Shown: in pieces, positions 49,201 through 63,978 of the stretch
How positions within the stretch are numbered: position 1 is the stretch's first letter
Layout: each line of letters begins with the position of its first letter
Assembly: GCF_009914755.1 (NCBI RefSeq)
Contig: NC_060925.1
Source: the human T2T-CHM13v2.0 reference genome, Homo sapiens
Length of the DNA stretch: 64,000 nucleotides
Reading direction: 5' to 3' (one strand)
Notes under the pieces: generated by a model
What the model was told of the DNA's origin: nothing
What the model saw: only the letters and a program-made list of their open reading frames with translations
The model's database searches: none
Position numbers and translations under genes: made by a program

Positions 49201-50394
49201 TGAGAATTGTTTTTTGTTGTTGTTGTTGTTGAAGCAGAATGGGGAGGAACTGAGGGGAAAATTCAGAGAGAACATGAAAGAGCTCCAAACGCGAGGACCT
49301 ATAACTCCCCAAGAATAACATCTTCCAGAAGAACTAGACAGAAAACTGGGTGTCTGGGAACCCTGAAATCCCTGGAGGAGTAGCATCATCATGACCCTCT
49401 GTGTTCCTTTTGGCGAAAGGACTTGCTTCCCTTGTTTGTACAATTGTTTGTGTTTGTTAAATAAATAAAACCCTTTTCATATATCTTTGAAAGTACATTG
49501 GCTCTATTATTTTATGATTACAAACAATGCTGCAGTCATCATTCTTGTACACTTCTCATTGGCCACTAGTGTATTTCTATAGGGTAGAGGCCTGGAGAGC
49601 AGTTGCTCCAGCACAGTGATTACATGGTTTTTATATCATTCCATGTTCTTCTTCCCTTTGTTGGCTTATTAGCTATAACTCTTTCTTTCTTCTTGTCCAC
49701 CTCATCCCCGACTTCTTTCCCTGCTTTTGCTTTTTCAGTGATGGCTTTAGGGTTTCCAGAATACATCTTTATCAGTGCCATCTAGTGACATTCTACCTCC
49801 CCTTCTGGCCATTATGCTGGTGTTGTCATGTAATTTGGTTTTAGACATGTTATAAACCCCACAATCCATTATTATTGCTTTTGTTTAATCGGTCAAATTA
49901 TTTTAAAAGATTTAAATAAGAAGAACATATATATTTAACTGTGTACATACCGATTTCCAGTAGTCTCCATTTCTTTGTGTAGATCCAGTTTTCTGTCTGG
50001 TATCCTTATCCTTAGGCCTGGAGGACTCCCTTTGCATTTCTTGTCGTGTGGGTTGCTGAATTCTTTCTTTCTTTTTTTTTTTTTGTATGTCTTTAAATGT
50101 CCTTATTTCAATCACATTCTTGAAAGATTTTTCATTTTGGCATAGAATTCTAGGAAAACTTTATTTCTTTCAGTACTTTAGGATGTTGCCACTTTGTTTT
50201 TGTAAAACTGGCATAAAGCGGGCTTCTTGTACTTGTTATATAATTTTTGGAATGTGTATTTAAATTAAAAACATTAAAATGGGCTGGACAAGGTGGTGCA
50301 CGCCTGTAGTCCCAGCACTTTGGGAAGGCGAGACAGGAGGATCGCTTGAGGCCCAGAGTTGGAGACCAGTGTGGGCAAGGCAGCAAGACCCTGT

Positions 50395-50423
50395 CTCTCT
50401 GTCTCTCATATATATACATACAC

Positions 50424-50454
<31 letters not shown>

Positions 50455-50612
50455 TATATACACACACACATATATATATACACACACATATATATACACA
50501 TATATATATACGCGCTCATGTGTATGTATATATGTGTGTATATATATGTTCATATATATGTATATATGTGTGTGTATATATATATACATATACACACATA
50601 CATACATACATC
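50395..50612. repeat. Compound (TA)n/(CA)n/(TG)n microsatellite after an Alu monomer
   Basis: About 210 bp of alternating purine-pyrimidine sequence. Confidence 0.95.
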
Positions 50613-51894
50613 GTGAATGTCCTAGATTCATCCTAAGTTCCACCAACAGTACACTTAAAGTAAAATGTGCCGAACCTGAGGGTCAAACCTACCTGCTGAC
50701 GTGTAATTTGTGTTTGTGAGACATTCTCAACAGCATTTGCTTTCCCCTAGCATAGTGGTTTTCGTGTTTTCCTCACATCTGAATGTCTTCAGTGCAAAAC
50801 CTGTCAGAATTCATTTCCTTTGCCGAAAGATTCTAAAATACTTTCTTTTTTTTTTTTTGAGATCAGCGCACTGCAACTTCCACTTCCCAAGTTCACAGGA
50901 TTCTCCTGCCTCAGCCTCGTGAGTAGCTGGGACTACAGGCCTGAGCCAACACAGGCGGCTAATTTTTGTATTTTTAGTAGAGACGGAGTTTCACCATGTT
51001 GGCCAGGCTGGTCTCAAATTCCTGACCTCAAGTAATCTGCCCACCTTGGCCTCCCAAAGTGTTGGGATTACAGGCGTGAGCCACCTTGCCCAGCCTAAAA
51101 TACTCTTACTTCAAGCAAAAGTGCATTAAAAACTAACTTCTCAGTTGCATCCCTGGAATCCATAGAAAGCCCGGGAGAGACAATCAAGTGCTACAGGATC
51201 AAGCGCTAAACAGGGGAGGACAAAGCATGGCTTCCTAACTAGGAGTCAGGGCAAAGTTATCTGCTTTGGTCTCCAATGGAGACCGGCACTTGGTTCACCT
51301 GCGACGGGAGGACCCGGCCCAGAGGAGGCGGACTTTCTCTTCATGGTGCCTTCAGACAGGAAATCTCCTAGGATTCCTTTCTTTCCCTTTGATCTACTCC
51401 CAACGCTCCCTTTCTGTTTCTTCAAGACCTTTTTTGGATCCCTACTGCGCAGGACCTAAGGGGCTGGTGCCCTTCCCTACCCTCCCTGCCTGGGTGTCTT
51501 CAGCACCCATGCTCACCCAGAACGTTACTGCCTGCCAGAGAGAGCGAGAGGACCAAGGAGGGCGGTGGGTGCAGTGGGAACCAGAGTCACCGTGTGCCTG
51601 TGCCTCGTGGGCTCCTCGCAGATTGAATAAACGCCCCCTGAAGCTTCTCTGCAGGTCACAGGGAAGGGGAGGGTGGCTGCCGACCCGGCGGGAGAAGCGT
51701 CAAGAAGCGTCGGGAGGACCTGACCCTACCCCTGGACCTTGAAGACAGGCCTGGCCAGGCTGATTTTAATGGATAGGCCCAAGGAAAAGGCTCAAGGGCG
51801 GCCCAAACCCCGACCCTGAGATTAAGGCTTTCAAATGTCTGAACGTTTTGATGTTGGTCAGTAGAATCCATCCCACCTTTATCACGAGACTCCT

Positions 51895-52646
51895 TTGCCA
51901 AAATTCAGAGATCTGGGATTCCTGCTGGTTGCCGCACAGAAAGCCAATCACCGAGACGCTTATCGCCAAGGAAGGCACTTTAATAGGGTGCTGCAGTGGG
52001 GGAGATGAGAACTCAGTCTCAAATCCATCTCCCTGACCAACCAAAACCAGAGGTTTAGATGGCAGGGAAGAAATGTTAACAATGAGTAAGAAAACAGGAA
52101 CTAGGGAGGAGCAAGGAAGCAATCATGATGAATGAGGGGTCCCAGCATCTCATTTTCTGGATGAATTTCAGTACTTTGATAGCTTTTTTGACAGGCCTGA
52201 AGGTCATTTCCTGAGGAAGGAACTCAGATAAAACAAATACTAAGTTTCTTTCTTTTTTTTTTTTTTTTTTTGAGACGGAGTCTTGCTCTGTCGCCCAGGC
52301 TGGAGTGCAGAGTGGCGCGATCTCAGCTCACTGCAACCTCCGCCTCCCAGGTTCATGCCATTCTCCTGCCTCAGCCTCCCGAGCAGCTGGGACTACAGGC
52401 ACCCACCACCACACCCAGCTACTTTTTTGTATTTTTAGTAGAGACGGGGTTTCACCGTGTTAGCCAGGATGGTCTCGATCTCCTGACCTCGTGATCCACC
52501 CGCCTCGGCCTCCCAAAGTGCTGGGATTACAGGCGTGAGCCACCGCACCCGGCCAACAAATATTAAGTTTCAAGCTGTAAGACCAGAAGGGTCCATTTCT
52601 AGGTTTATCCAAAAAAGCTACATATGGGACTGTGGGGTGGTTTTCA
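51895..52646 (-). mobile_element. LOR1-like ERV1 LTR interrupted by an Alu at 52247-52554
   Basis: Sense start TGAAAACCACCCCACAGTCCCATATG...GATAAACCTAGAAATGGACCCTTCTGGTCTT; Alu TSD AACAAATA(C/T)TAAGTTTC. Confidence 0.75.
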
Positions 52647-54198
52647 GACCAAGAAAGAAAAAGATTGTGCAGACCAAAGTCTGCAGTTAACCAAAGAAAA
52701 AACATAATTTTCTGACCAATAGGATGTATGGGATCAGAGAATGACCAGGCTATAGAAGAACCGTTTTTTGTCCTGAGCATAGGGGAAGGATGAAGTTGCA
52801 CCAACTAAGGTGGAATTAAGCTGCAGATGGGGAAAAATCTGGATTTTGGTTCAGAGCCCTGGGGTCTTCCTTGAAAGAAGAACCCTGTCTCGGTTTCTGC
52901 CTCTCTCTGAGTCCTTTTGGAGGTTGAGGATGCTGAGGTCTTGGTGCTTGGCCCCCTCTAGCCCTGAGTACTTCCCCTCCTGCAGGGCAACCTGGCCCAG
53001 TGCCCAGGTCCCAGCCCCAGCGACCATTTCCCCCTACTTTGCTCCTAGCAAAGGCCTGAAGGCCTAGCGGTTCCTGCAGAACCGCTGTCTCCCTCTTTTG
53101 GATAAAGCAGAGAGGAAATGACCTGTGTGGAGGGAATCAGGGGCTGCATCTGCACGGAGGAGCTGAGGCAAGTAGGGCAGTTGCGGTCTGTCAATGTAAA
53201 GGACATTTGCCATCCAGGAGGTTGGGCTGTTATTATTAGTTTTTAAATTCGTCAATACAAACTTCAGGGAAATGTGTCTTCTTACTTGTAGGAACCTCAC
53301 AAGACCTCCCATCTTATATTCCAGGGAGAATTGCTGCGTATTACACGAACACATAGGTGAGACTGCCATTCTGACCTGCAGGCCTCGATGCCCTGTGCAG
53401 GGGCACCAGGGCACTGGCAAAGCCCTTTCCATACAAAGAGCAAGCGTGTTATGTCTACAACCCAATGGCACCAGTTCCAAGTACAATTTCTACTTGGTTC
53501 TATGAGCTGAGTACACGTTCCCCCCAGCACAGAAATCCTACAAACTCCCATGAATGCTATAGGGAAAAGCAGGGGCTAGCCAGGTGTGATGGATCATACG
53601 TGTAATCCCAGCAGTTTAGAAGGCCAAGGCAGGGCGGATCACTTGAGTCCAGGAATTGGAGACCAACCTGGGCAACATGGCGAAACTTCAACTCTTAAAA
53701 AAACAAAACAACAACAACAACAACAACAAAACAAGAACAGAAATTAGCCGGCTGCGATGGCTCGTGCCTGTGCTACTCCAGAGGCTGAGGTGGGAGGATC
53801 GCTTGAACCAAGATCCCACCAGATACAGTGAGACTCTGTCTCAGGGAAAAATACAAACAAAAAAAAGAGGCTCTGTAAGAGGTGACTCCGGGGACAATGG
53901 AAAAACACTAAGGTTTTCAAGTGGTGTTAAAAGCCAGTAGGCCTTGGGGACCACTGAGCAATCTACAAAGCAGGGAAGCCTAGATCCCTGAGCTCTGCCC
54001 ACCAAGTACCACCACAGCTAACATGAGAGACCTCCCCCACAGAGACTGAAATTTGCCTCCTGAGGAAACAAGTGACTACAGACATCTGTCCCAGGACAGT
54101 AAACAAGAAAATAAGGTCTCACAAAAACAAAAACAGCTGACCACACCATACAATCACTGAGACTGGGCCTGCGACTATAGATGAAAAAAACAAATGCT

Positions 54199-54213
54199 GT
54201 CTATTATTCATAC
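54199..54213 (-). terminator. snRNA 3' box of vU1 copy 2
   Basis: GTATGAATAATAGAC begins 11 nt after the U1 3' end CCCCTG. Confidence 0.55.
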
Positions 54214-54223
54214 CATGAAAGAC

Positions 54224-54935
54224 CAGGGGAAAGCACGAACGCAGTCCCCTACTACTGTTGCGGGAATCAGGAGAACAAAGAGACCAACGGGTGGAACAGA
54301 AGGATTTTATTGAATGCACTCGGGCCTAGCATGAGCCCCGAAGAAAGACAGGGGGCTTGACTTTTATACACACTTCTGAAAGGGGGTTGGCTAGTTTGAA
54401 TGGTGCAGCAGGAATTTGATGGTGTGAAACTCGCGGGGCAGGCAAGAGGGCTTACAGAAGCAGAAAGAAGGCAGTTAATCAAACTGTGACAGGTCTTGCA
54501 ACGCAAGCACAGCTGGTAACCTTGCAGCTGCACTGAATGGAAATCAGGAACTTACAAAACTTGAATAATGACAAGTGGCAAGGGGGAAAGACAAGGCAGT
54601 AAAGACATTTGTTGTTTTTCCTCTTATACTTGCTGGGGGCGGACCGTGTTGACAAAGTCGCTGGAAATCACTGTCAGAGATGTAGCTTTTAGGATAGTAT
54701 TGTCCAGGATCTGCTAGGCTCTATCCACTGCAGGCCTCGGTGGGGGGGAGGGGGGCCCTGCCAAGCACAGGAAAACTTGTCTTTTCGTTGTAACTTCTGC
54801 TTCGTTACTACAAATTACACAGCTGAGCTTCCCACCTTGGAGAAAATGACAGAACAGCACACTTGAAATGAAATAGTTGAGTCGGGTTTAAAAGGCATTT
54901 CAGTAACCATAATATCTGCCCTGCCACATAAATAA
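54224..54935 (-). pseudogene. Variant U1 snRNA copy 2, split by a solo LTR (5' part 54809-54935; 3' part 54224-54255)
   Basis: The 3' 32 nt match U1 at 30/32. The 5' 127 nt are colinear at ~68% in the alignable columns, and the 5' end reads TTATTTATGTGGCAG. U1 promoter upstream. Confidence 0.92.
54256..54804 (-). mobile_element. ERV1-class solo LTR (LTR4/ERV3-related; family tentative)
   Basis: 549 bp; sense (T>C)GAAGCAGAAG...TGTATAAAAG...AATAAAATCCTTCTGTTCCACCC...CCCGCAACA; 4-bp TSD CTAC/TTAC. Confidence 0.85.
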
Positions 54936-54975
54936 GATTGCACCTATCTCCGCCCCGCCACAGCTCCATACGCCT

Positions 54976-54996
54976 CACCCTTTAAACGCACAGTCA
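54976..54996 (-). promoter_or_regulatory. PSE of vU1 copy 2
   Basis: TGACTGTGCGTTTAAAGGGTG at -61..-41. Confidence 0.88.
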
Positions 54997-55144
54997 CTTG
55001 CCCCAGCACCACTCCAGCCAATCCCCAACCACCCCCAGCCCTCCTAGCCCTCACACACAGCTGGGACTCTCAGGTCCGACCAGCGGTCCTGAACCCGCTC
55101 CCACGGCACGGGAAATCCTTCGTGGCGAAGCAGCAGCCCCTGCG

Positions 55145-55230
55145 CTGCCTCATCTACATAGAAACGCCCTATCGGTGATGTCACCGACAGTGCCTTTCCC
55201 AGTCTCCTTCTGCTCTTCCGCCCCACCCTC
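55145..55230 (-). promoter_or_regulatory. DSE of vU1 copy 2
   Basis: ATGTAGAT octamer (55152-55159), as in canonical U1, in the context TTCTATGTAGATGAGGCAGCGCAG; GC box nearby. Confidence 0.85.
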
Positions 55231-55820
55231 CGCCACTCAGCCTACCAACCCGCTGGGGGAGCCGACGGAGGAAGTGACGTCTGCTGTCCCACCTCTCCCT
55301 CCCGCCCTTGTCCTTTCCGGAGGTGCGCCCAGACCCCGCATCTAGTATCCCCCAAAGAAGCGACTACTTAACCTGTGTCCTGCGGAGGACCCTTCTGGCG
55401 GCCAGCTGGAAGCTGTGCGCCGGTCTTCAAATAGTGGCTTTTAATTCGCAGACTAGAACGTTTAGGATTACAAAGAAAACCGTTTCCTTTCAAAGCTGTT
55501 TATCTTTGTGAAGTAGCATTTTGCTTAAAATTGGAAGCCTTTGACTATCAGAGAGAAATCACATCTATGAAACTAGAGAGGCTGCTCAGATGACTGCAAA
55601 CCAGCCATCCTTGCTGGTTTTACCAGTAGTAGTGTTATAAAGAATGTTGTCCAATTTCATGAGTCTCGTAGGTTTTTTTTTTTGTTTTTCAAATACAGTA
55701 TTGTACAAAAAGGAAGCAGAATGTGGTTGCTGTCACAATGTAATGCCTCTCTGGGCCTGAGAATTTGGAAAGGCTCACACTCCTCATAAAAGTTCTCTTC
55801 TTTCCTCATTCTCCCTTTAG

Positions 55821-56112
<292 letters not shown>

Positions 56113-57199
56113 AGATAAAAAGTCTTTCTTGAAAGCATTGTCGATCAAAAGCTGTATCTCTCCTTGCCAGAAAGGCTCATTCCCAGATAGTCCTGTCCCA
56201 CACTGGGGGCAGGGGAGGAAAGGAGCCCTCTCACTAAGGAATTTTTAACAGTGCCCAGAAGCTGAATTGGCATCACAGAATTGGGGGCGGGGGGGGGGGG
56301 GGGGAGACAGAGAGATCTCGGCCAATTCTATAGTTGCTGTCACTTGTTGAATCATCTCTAGTCTTCAGAGTACCATGAATTTCGTTTCTCAAAAGAAGTA
56401 AAACAATGAGAAATACATAACATTAATAATTTGACTAGTGGAGATATAATGCACACAAGAATGATAATCACAAAGAGAATCTATATCCCGAAACAGTAAG
56501 GGAACCTATTCCATTAGGCAGCCAACTGAAAACATCAGGGAAAACATCAAATACCATTTCTTCTTTAGTGATTTCTTGTAGCCAAGTGGCTTCTTTTCTA
56601 ATTTTTTTTTCTAGAGAAGGTTCTACTGCATGGGAAACATTTATGTATATGCAACAAAAGGTATTTGCCACCACACATACATCTCCCTGCTCAGCTAAAT
56701 ATATCATCTAAAGTGATGTGATTACCTAGTACAACCTTAGCCAGTGAATAAATAGCTTTTTATTGAGCTGCAAAAGAGGCCGCAGTTTCGTCAGCAATGT
56801 TTTTCTTTCTTTTTTCTTTTTCTTTCAGAGACAGCATCTGTCTCTGTGGCCTAGGCTGGAGTGCAGTGGTGCCATCATAGCTCACTGCAGCCTCCAACTC
56901 CTGGGCTTAAGTGATCCTCCTGCCTCAGCCCCCGAGTCACTGGGATTACAGGCCAGAGCCACCATGCCTGGTTTTCATCAGCAGTGTTTCCTGAGGTTAC
57001 AGAAAGATTTATAATCCTGGGAAGAAACACTCCCTTGAAGCAAAAGTGCTCTCCCCGCAAAAATGCAAGGAGCTATCTTCTTGCTAGCCGGGCAGATAAT
57101 TCTCAGGTTTTGCCCCACTGAATCTCTATCTAAAATAGAGCAGTGGTCATGCCTAGTGAAAAGTTAGAGGGAACTCACCCAATGTTGGGTTTCTTCAGA

Positions 57200-57251
57200 T
57201 ATATGTGTGTATATATATATATTTATATATATGTGTGTATATATGTGTGTA

Positions 57252-57294
<43 letters not shown>
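57200..57294. repeat. (TA)n/(TG)n microsatellite
   Basis: Visible directly. Confidence 0.95.
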
Positions 57295-57297
<3 letters not shown>

Positions 57298-57808
57298 CAA
57301 ATATCTTAAAGACACTGCCCTTCATCATTCCATGCCATTAGACATTTATAGGACCATGCATGGTGATCTCCTCCACACAAAAATAAATGCTGGTGCAGAA
57401 CAGGTAAGTGAAATTGAGTACATCAGCTTTTGGGCATTTTAAACCATGGGTCAGAAATGTTAGAGCAAGAAGGCAGGTTGACAGCAAGAGGGAGTGTTTT
57501 TCTTTCAATTTTCCAATAGCAAAGTGTTGTTTGCCGCTGTCAGTTCAGAGTGAGGAGACAATTTGTTGTTGTTGTCTGGTTTTGTGGGGGTTTTTGTTTG
57601 TTTTTTAGTTTGTTTTTGAGACAAGGTCTCACTGTCCCCCAGGCTGGAGTGCAGTGGCATGATCAGGGTTACTTCTGCCTTGACCTCATGAATTCAAGCA
57701 AACTTCCTTACCAATCCTCCCGAGTAGCTGGGACTACAGGCATGTGACACCACACCCTGTGGTGTGAACTGCGATTTTATATTTTCAGTTGGCTCCCTAA
57801 TGGAATAG

Positions 57809-58173
<365 letters not shown>

Positions 58174-58496
58174 TAAGCAAAGACAGATTTGTCTGGCTTT
58201 TTAGTACATTGCTGAATTATCCTCCAATCTATATTTTTAGGAAGGACCTGGGGAATGGCAACATGCACATATTTGGCTAAAATGTGAACCTTTCATGTTC
58301 TGCTTGAAAATCCTTCCAATTTGCCTTTTGCAACCAGTTAGTGGCCTTGCCTTCTTCACCAGAATGTGAATTAATTGATAAACGTCAGAATATTTGGGCT
58401 CAAAGGTTTCGACAGTTAAGTCGAATTTTCTGCCAAAGCCTATAGGATCTTGGAGCCTGCTTTAGAAATAGAAGAACGAAATGTGTTTAACTTTAG

Positions 58497-58830
<334 letters not shown>

Positions 58831-59170
58831 TATAATATTCTTAATTCACATTTTGGTGAAGCGGTGTACACAATGGTAGGCTCCCCTCTTCCTGTGGGTT
58901 TGGGTTTTACCTTGAAAGGGGCTGTCAGAACAGAAGTTTCAGGGAAGGGGCCAGAGCCCTGGGGACTTTCCTCAGGTGATGGTGATGGAAGAAGAGGCAA
59001 GGCAGGACAGGAAAGCTCAGGTAAGAAAGACTATGCAGGTGCAGGGGCAGGAGGAGAAGGAGCAGTTGGAGGCGAAAGAGACAAAGCCTCCTCAATATTT
59101 CTCAATTCAGAAAACGTGTCAGTTTACCTCCTTAAGCTTACTTCCTCAATGGAGGCAATTTTCTTAGTTC

Positions 59171-60263
<1,093 letters not shown>

Positions 60264-60286
60264 TCATCGTTTACATATTAAATAGA

Positions 60287-61226
60287 TGAAGGGGTGGCCT
60301 GCCCCTCCATACTTGTGGGCGTTTCTCGTCGGGTGGAAGGAGAGACTTGAGAAAAGAGAGAGACACAGAGACAAAGTATAGAGAAAGAAAAGTGAGCCCA
60401 GGGAACCGGCGCTCAGCATACGGAGGACCCGCGCCGGCACCAGTCTCTGAGTTCCCTTAGTATTTATTGATCATTATCGGGTGTTTCTCGGAGAGGGGGA
60501 TGTGGCAGAACAATAGGGTAATAGTGGAGAGAGGGTCAGGAGGAAAACATGTGAACAAATGTCTCTGCATCATAAACAAGCTAAAGAAAAAAGTGCTGTG
60601 CTTTTGATGTGCATATACAGAAACATCTCAATGCCTTAAAGAGCAGTATTGCTGCCCACATGTCCCACCTCCAGCCCTAAGGGGGTTTTCTCCTATCTCA
60701 GTAGATGGAATATACAATCGGGTTTTACACCGAGACATTCCATTGCCCAGGGATGAGCAGGAGACAGATGCCTTCCTCTTTTACTAATCCTCCTCAGCAC
60801 AGACACTTTACGGGTGTCGGGCTGGGAGACGGTCAGGTATTTCCCTTCCGGCGAGGCCATATTTCAGACTATCACATGGGGAGAAACCTTGGACAATACC
60901 TGGCTTTCCTTGGCAGAGGTCCCTGCGGCCTTCTGCAGTGTATTGTGTCTCTGGGTACTTGAGATTAGGGAGTGGTGATGACTCTTAACAAGCATGCTGC
61001 CTTCAAACATTTGTTTAACAAAGCACATCCTGCACAGCCCTTAATTCATTTAACCTTGAGTGGACACAGCACATGTTTCAGGGAGCACACGGTTGGGGGT
61101 AGGGTTACAGATTAACAGCATCTCAAGGCAGAATTTTTCTTAGTACAGAACAAAATGGAGTCTCTTATGTCTCCTTCTTTCTACATAGACACAGTGACAG
61201 TCTGATCTCTCTTTCTTTTCCCCACA
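60287..61226 (-). mobile_element. HERV-K(HML-2) solo LTR, LTR5B-like
   Basis: Sense TGTGGGGAAAAGAAAGAGAGATCAGACTG...GGAGGGGCAGGCCACCCCTTCA; 940 bp. Confidence 0.93.
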
Positions 61227-61418
61227 ATACTTACACTATTTAAATTGTTCAAAAGCATCAAAGATTCCTCTCTGCTGTCAACTTCATTCCATTTATTTTA
61301 TTGTACCAAACTATCAAGACCATTAATTTAATCTACTGCTAAATCTATTATTTTTTTCATGTTAGAAATTCAACAAGAAAATTTCTCCCTAATGAAACCT
61401 CACATTTCAAGCATAAGT

Positions 61419-62046
61419 AGGCTGGGCGAGGTGGCTCACACCTGTAATCCCAGCACTTTGGGAGGCCAAGACAGGTGCATCACTTGGGGTCAGGAGCTTG
61501 AGACCAGCCTGACAAACATGGTGAAACCCCGTCTCTACTAAAAATATAAAAATTAGCTGTGTGTGGTGGCGTGCGCCTGTAATCCCAGCTACTCTGGAGG
61601 CTGAGGCAGGGAAATAGCTTCAACCTGGGAGGCAGAGCTTGCAGTGAGCTGAGATTGCACCACTTCAGTCTAGCCTGGGCTACAGAGCAAGACTCTGTCT
61701 CAAAAACAAATAAATAAGCATAAGTAGTAAAAAAAAAAAAATAAGATAAAAAATAAGGCGCAGGGTCTTGCTCTGTTATCCAGGCTTGAGTGCAGCGGGG
61801 CTATCATAGCTGACCAGCTTGGAACTTCTGGGCTCAGGCAATCCTCCTGGCTCAGCTTGCCTTGTATTTTTTTAGAGATGGGGTCTTGCCCTGTTGCCCA
61901 AGCTGGTCTCCAACTGCTGGCCTAAAGCAATCCTTCTGCCTCAGCCTGTTGAGTTGCTGGGAGTACAGGTGCAAGACATGCAGCCTAGCATTGTAGTAAA
62001 ACAATTTTCAACAAATTCTTAATTTTCTTTCTTTTTCTTTTTCTTT

Positions 62047-62088
<42 letters not shown>

Positions 62089-62360
62089 AGTTGGGAGTCT
62101 CACTCTGTCACCCAGGCTGGAGGGCAGTGGCGCAATCATAGTTCACTGCAGCCTGCCTCAGTCTCCCAAGTAGCTGAGATTATAGTCATGCATTATCATG
62201 CCTGGCCAACTTTAAAAAATTAGCTAATACTTAAAAATTTGTAGAGACAGGGGTTTCACTATATTGCCAGGCTGGTATCCAACTCCTAACCTCAATTGAT
62301 CCTCCCTCCTCAGCCTCCTAAAGTGCTGGGATTGCAGATATGAGCCACCATACCTGGCTT
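61419..62360. mobile_element. Alu cluster (AluSx+ 61419-61715; AluJ pieces on minus)
   Basis: AluSx has TSD AAGCATAAGTAG and is absent from the paralogous site at ~43410. Confidence 0.88.
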
Positions 62361-63444
62361 AATTTTCTTATTTTAATTTTATATAAGTGATTATTATTGT
62401 TCCTAAGATAATTGGGGCAGTGACTCCTTTAAAATTTTAGAGACCTAATTTGTCTATTCACTTCACTGAAAGAGTATGCCAGTTTGCTTCATGAGAAAAT
62501 ATCCTATATTAATAAAGCAAGAAAATTCCTTCCACCAAACTAGGGGGCATTCTAAAGAAACGAATTGTGCTAAGTAACATCACTTAAGGTGAAAACAGAG
62601 GCAATGGTATCTATTAACAATGTTTATCAGTGAAGGAAATAAACTGAAAATATTAACATCATTAAATCCTCAGAGGGCCTTCGTTGCTGAAAATCTGAGT
62701 AATATTGTGATACCCTTTTGAGTCCGGCAGGACATTCTCTTTCCAGGGCATATGACAGTGGGCGAATAATTTCTTTTCATTCATTTTCATTAAGGGCTGA
62801 ACTTCCTTAATGTTCTGGAGATTATTAAATTTGATTTGTATAGTTGTGAAAAGTGCTCATATTGCTGATTCCATTGCTTACATATGATCATATAAGTCTT
62901 TTCTCTCCTTTCTGTAGTGTGGTTTAAACTTAATCCTTAAAGGACATGTATTTGAATTTTTCAGCTGGTTAGAAACCTGAATATACCAATCAAAGAAAAC
63001 TGCTCCTTACATGCTACAGATTTAGTGTTCTTCCTGTGCTAAGATGTCTTTTAGATATAGTAAATTTGTTAAAGCCAAGAGCTCCTATGGAACAAAGTTG
63101 GGTGGGAGGGGGGACATTGAGTAGTAAGATCACTCTTGTAATAGAGATGCCACTCTTGCAGATATTGACAACTATTGGGCCCATAAAATTTTTAACAAAC
63201 ATTGGAAAGACAAGATATGAACAACTCATCATTGCTGCAGTCTCAAATATCAGGAAATACCATTATTCTCAGGACAATAAATAGACAATAAAAAAGACTC
63301 ACAGAGCAGCTTAGCTGTCATGTATTACCAAACAGGGACTGGATCCTTGTCAACACCACCCAACAGAGATTGTCCCCAGAAATTCACTTCATAACATCAA
63401 AACCAAAAACCCACACTGATGGCAAAAAATAATGCTGCAAAAAT

Positions 63445-63448
63445 GAGA

Positions 63449-63498
<50 letters not shown>

Positions 63499-63506
63499 GA
63501 GAGAGA
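63445..63506. repeat. (GA)n microsatellite
   Basis: Visible directly; shorter in the paralog at ~45410. Confidence 0.95.
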
Positions 63507-63660
63507 CCTGTCCTACAGCCATACTTAGTGGGTAAAAGCCAAAGAGCTCAATTTCTGCTCATGATACTTAATAGAACAGAGGGAACATGAGCCAATAGCT
63601 CAATGGGTTCAGATCTGCACCAAGTGCCTGTTGGATGCAGGATTCTACTGTCTCCAATAA

Positions 63661-63978
<318 letters not shown>

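Noticed and set aside
50150-50719. Tyr/Ile/His-rich ORFs
   Set aside because: Translations of a dinucleotide microsatellite.
51840-51900. Possible additional tRNA relic near a GC-rich patch
   Set aside because: No convincing A/B boxes or cloverleaf.
56468-56707. Env TM ORF as a domesticated syncytin-like gene
   Set aside because: Only a 79-aa fragment, disrupted just upstream and interrupted by an Alu and a microsatellite.
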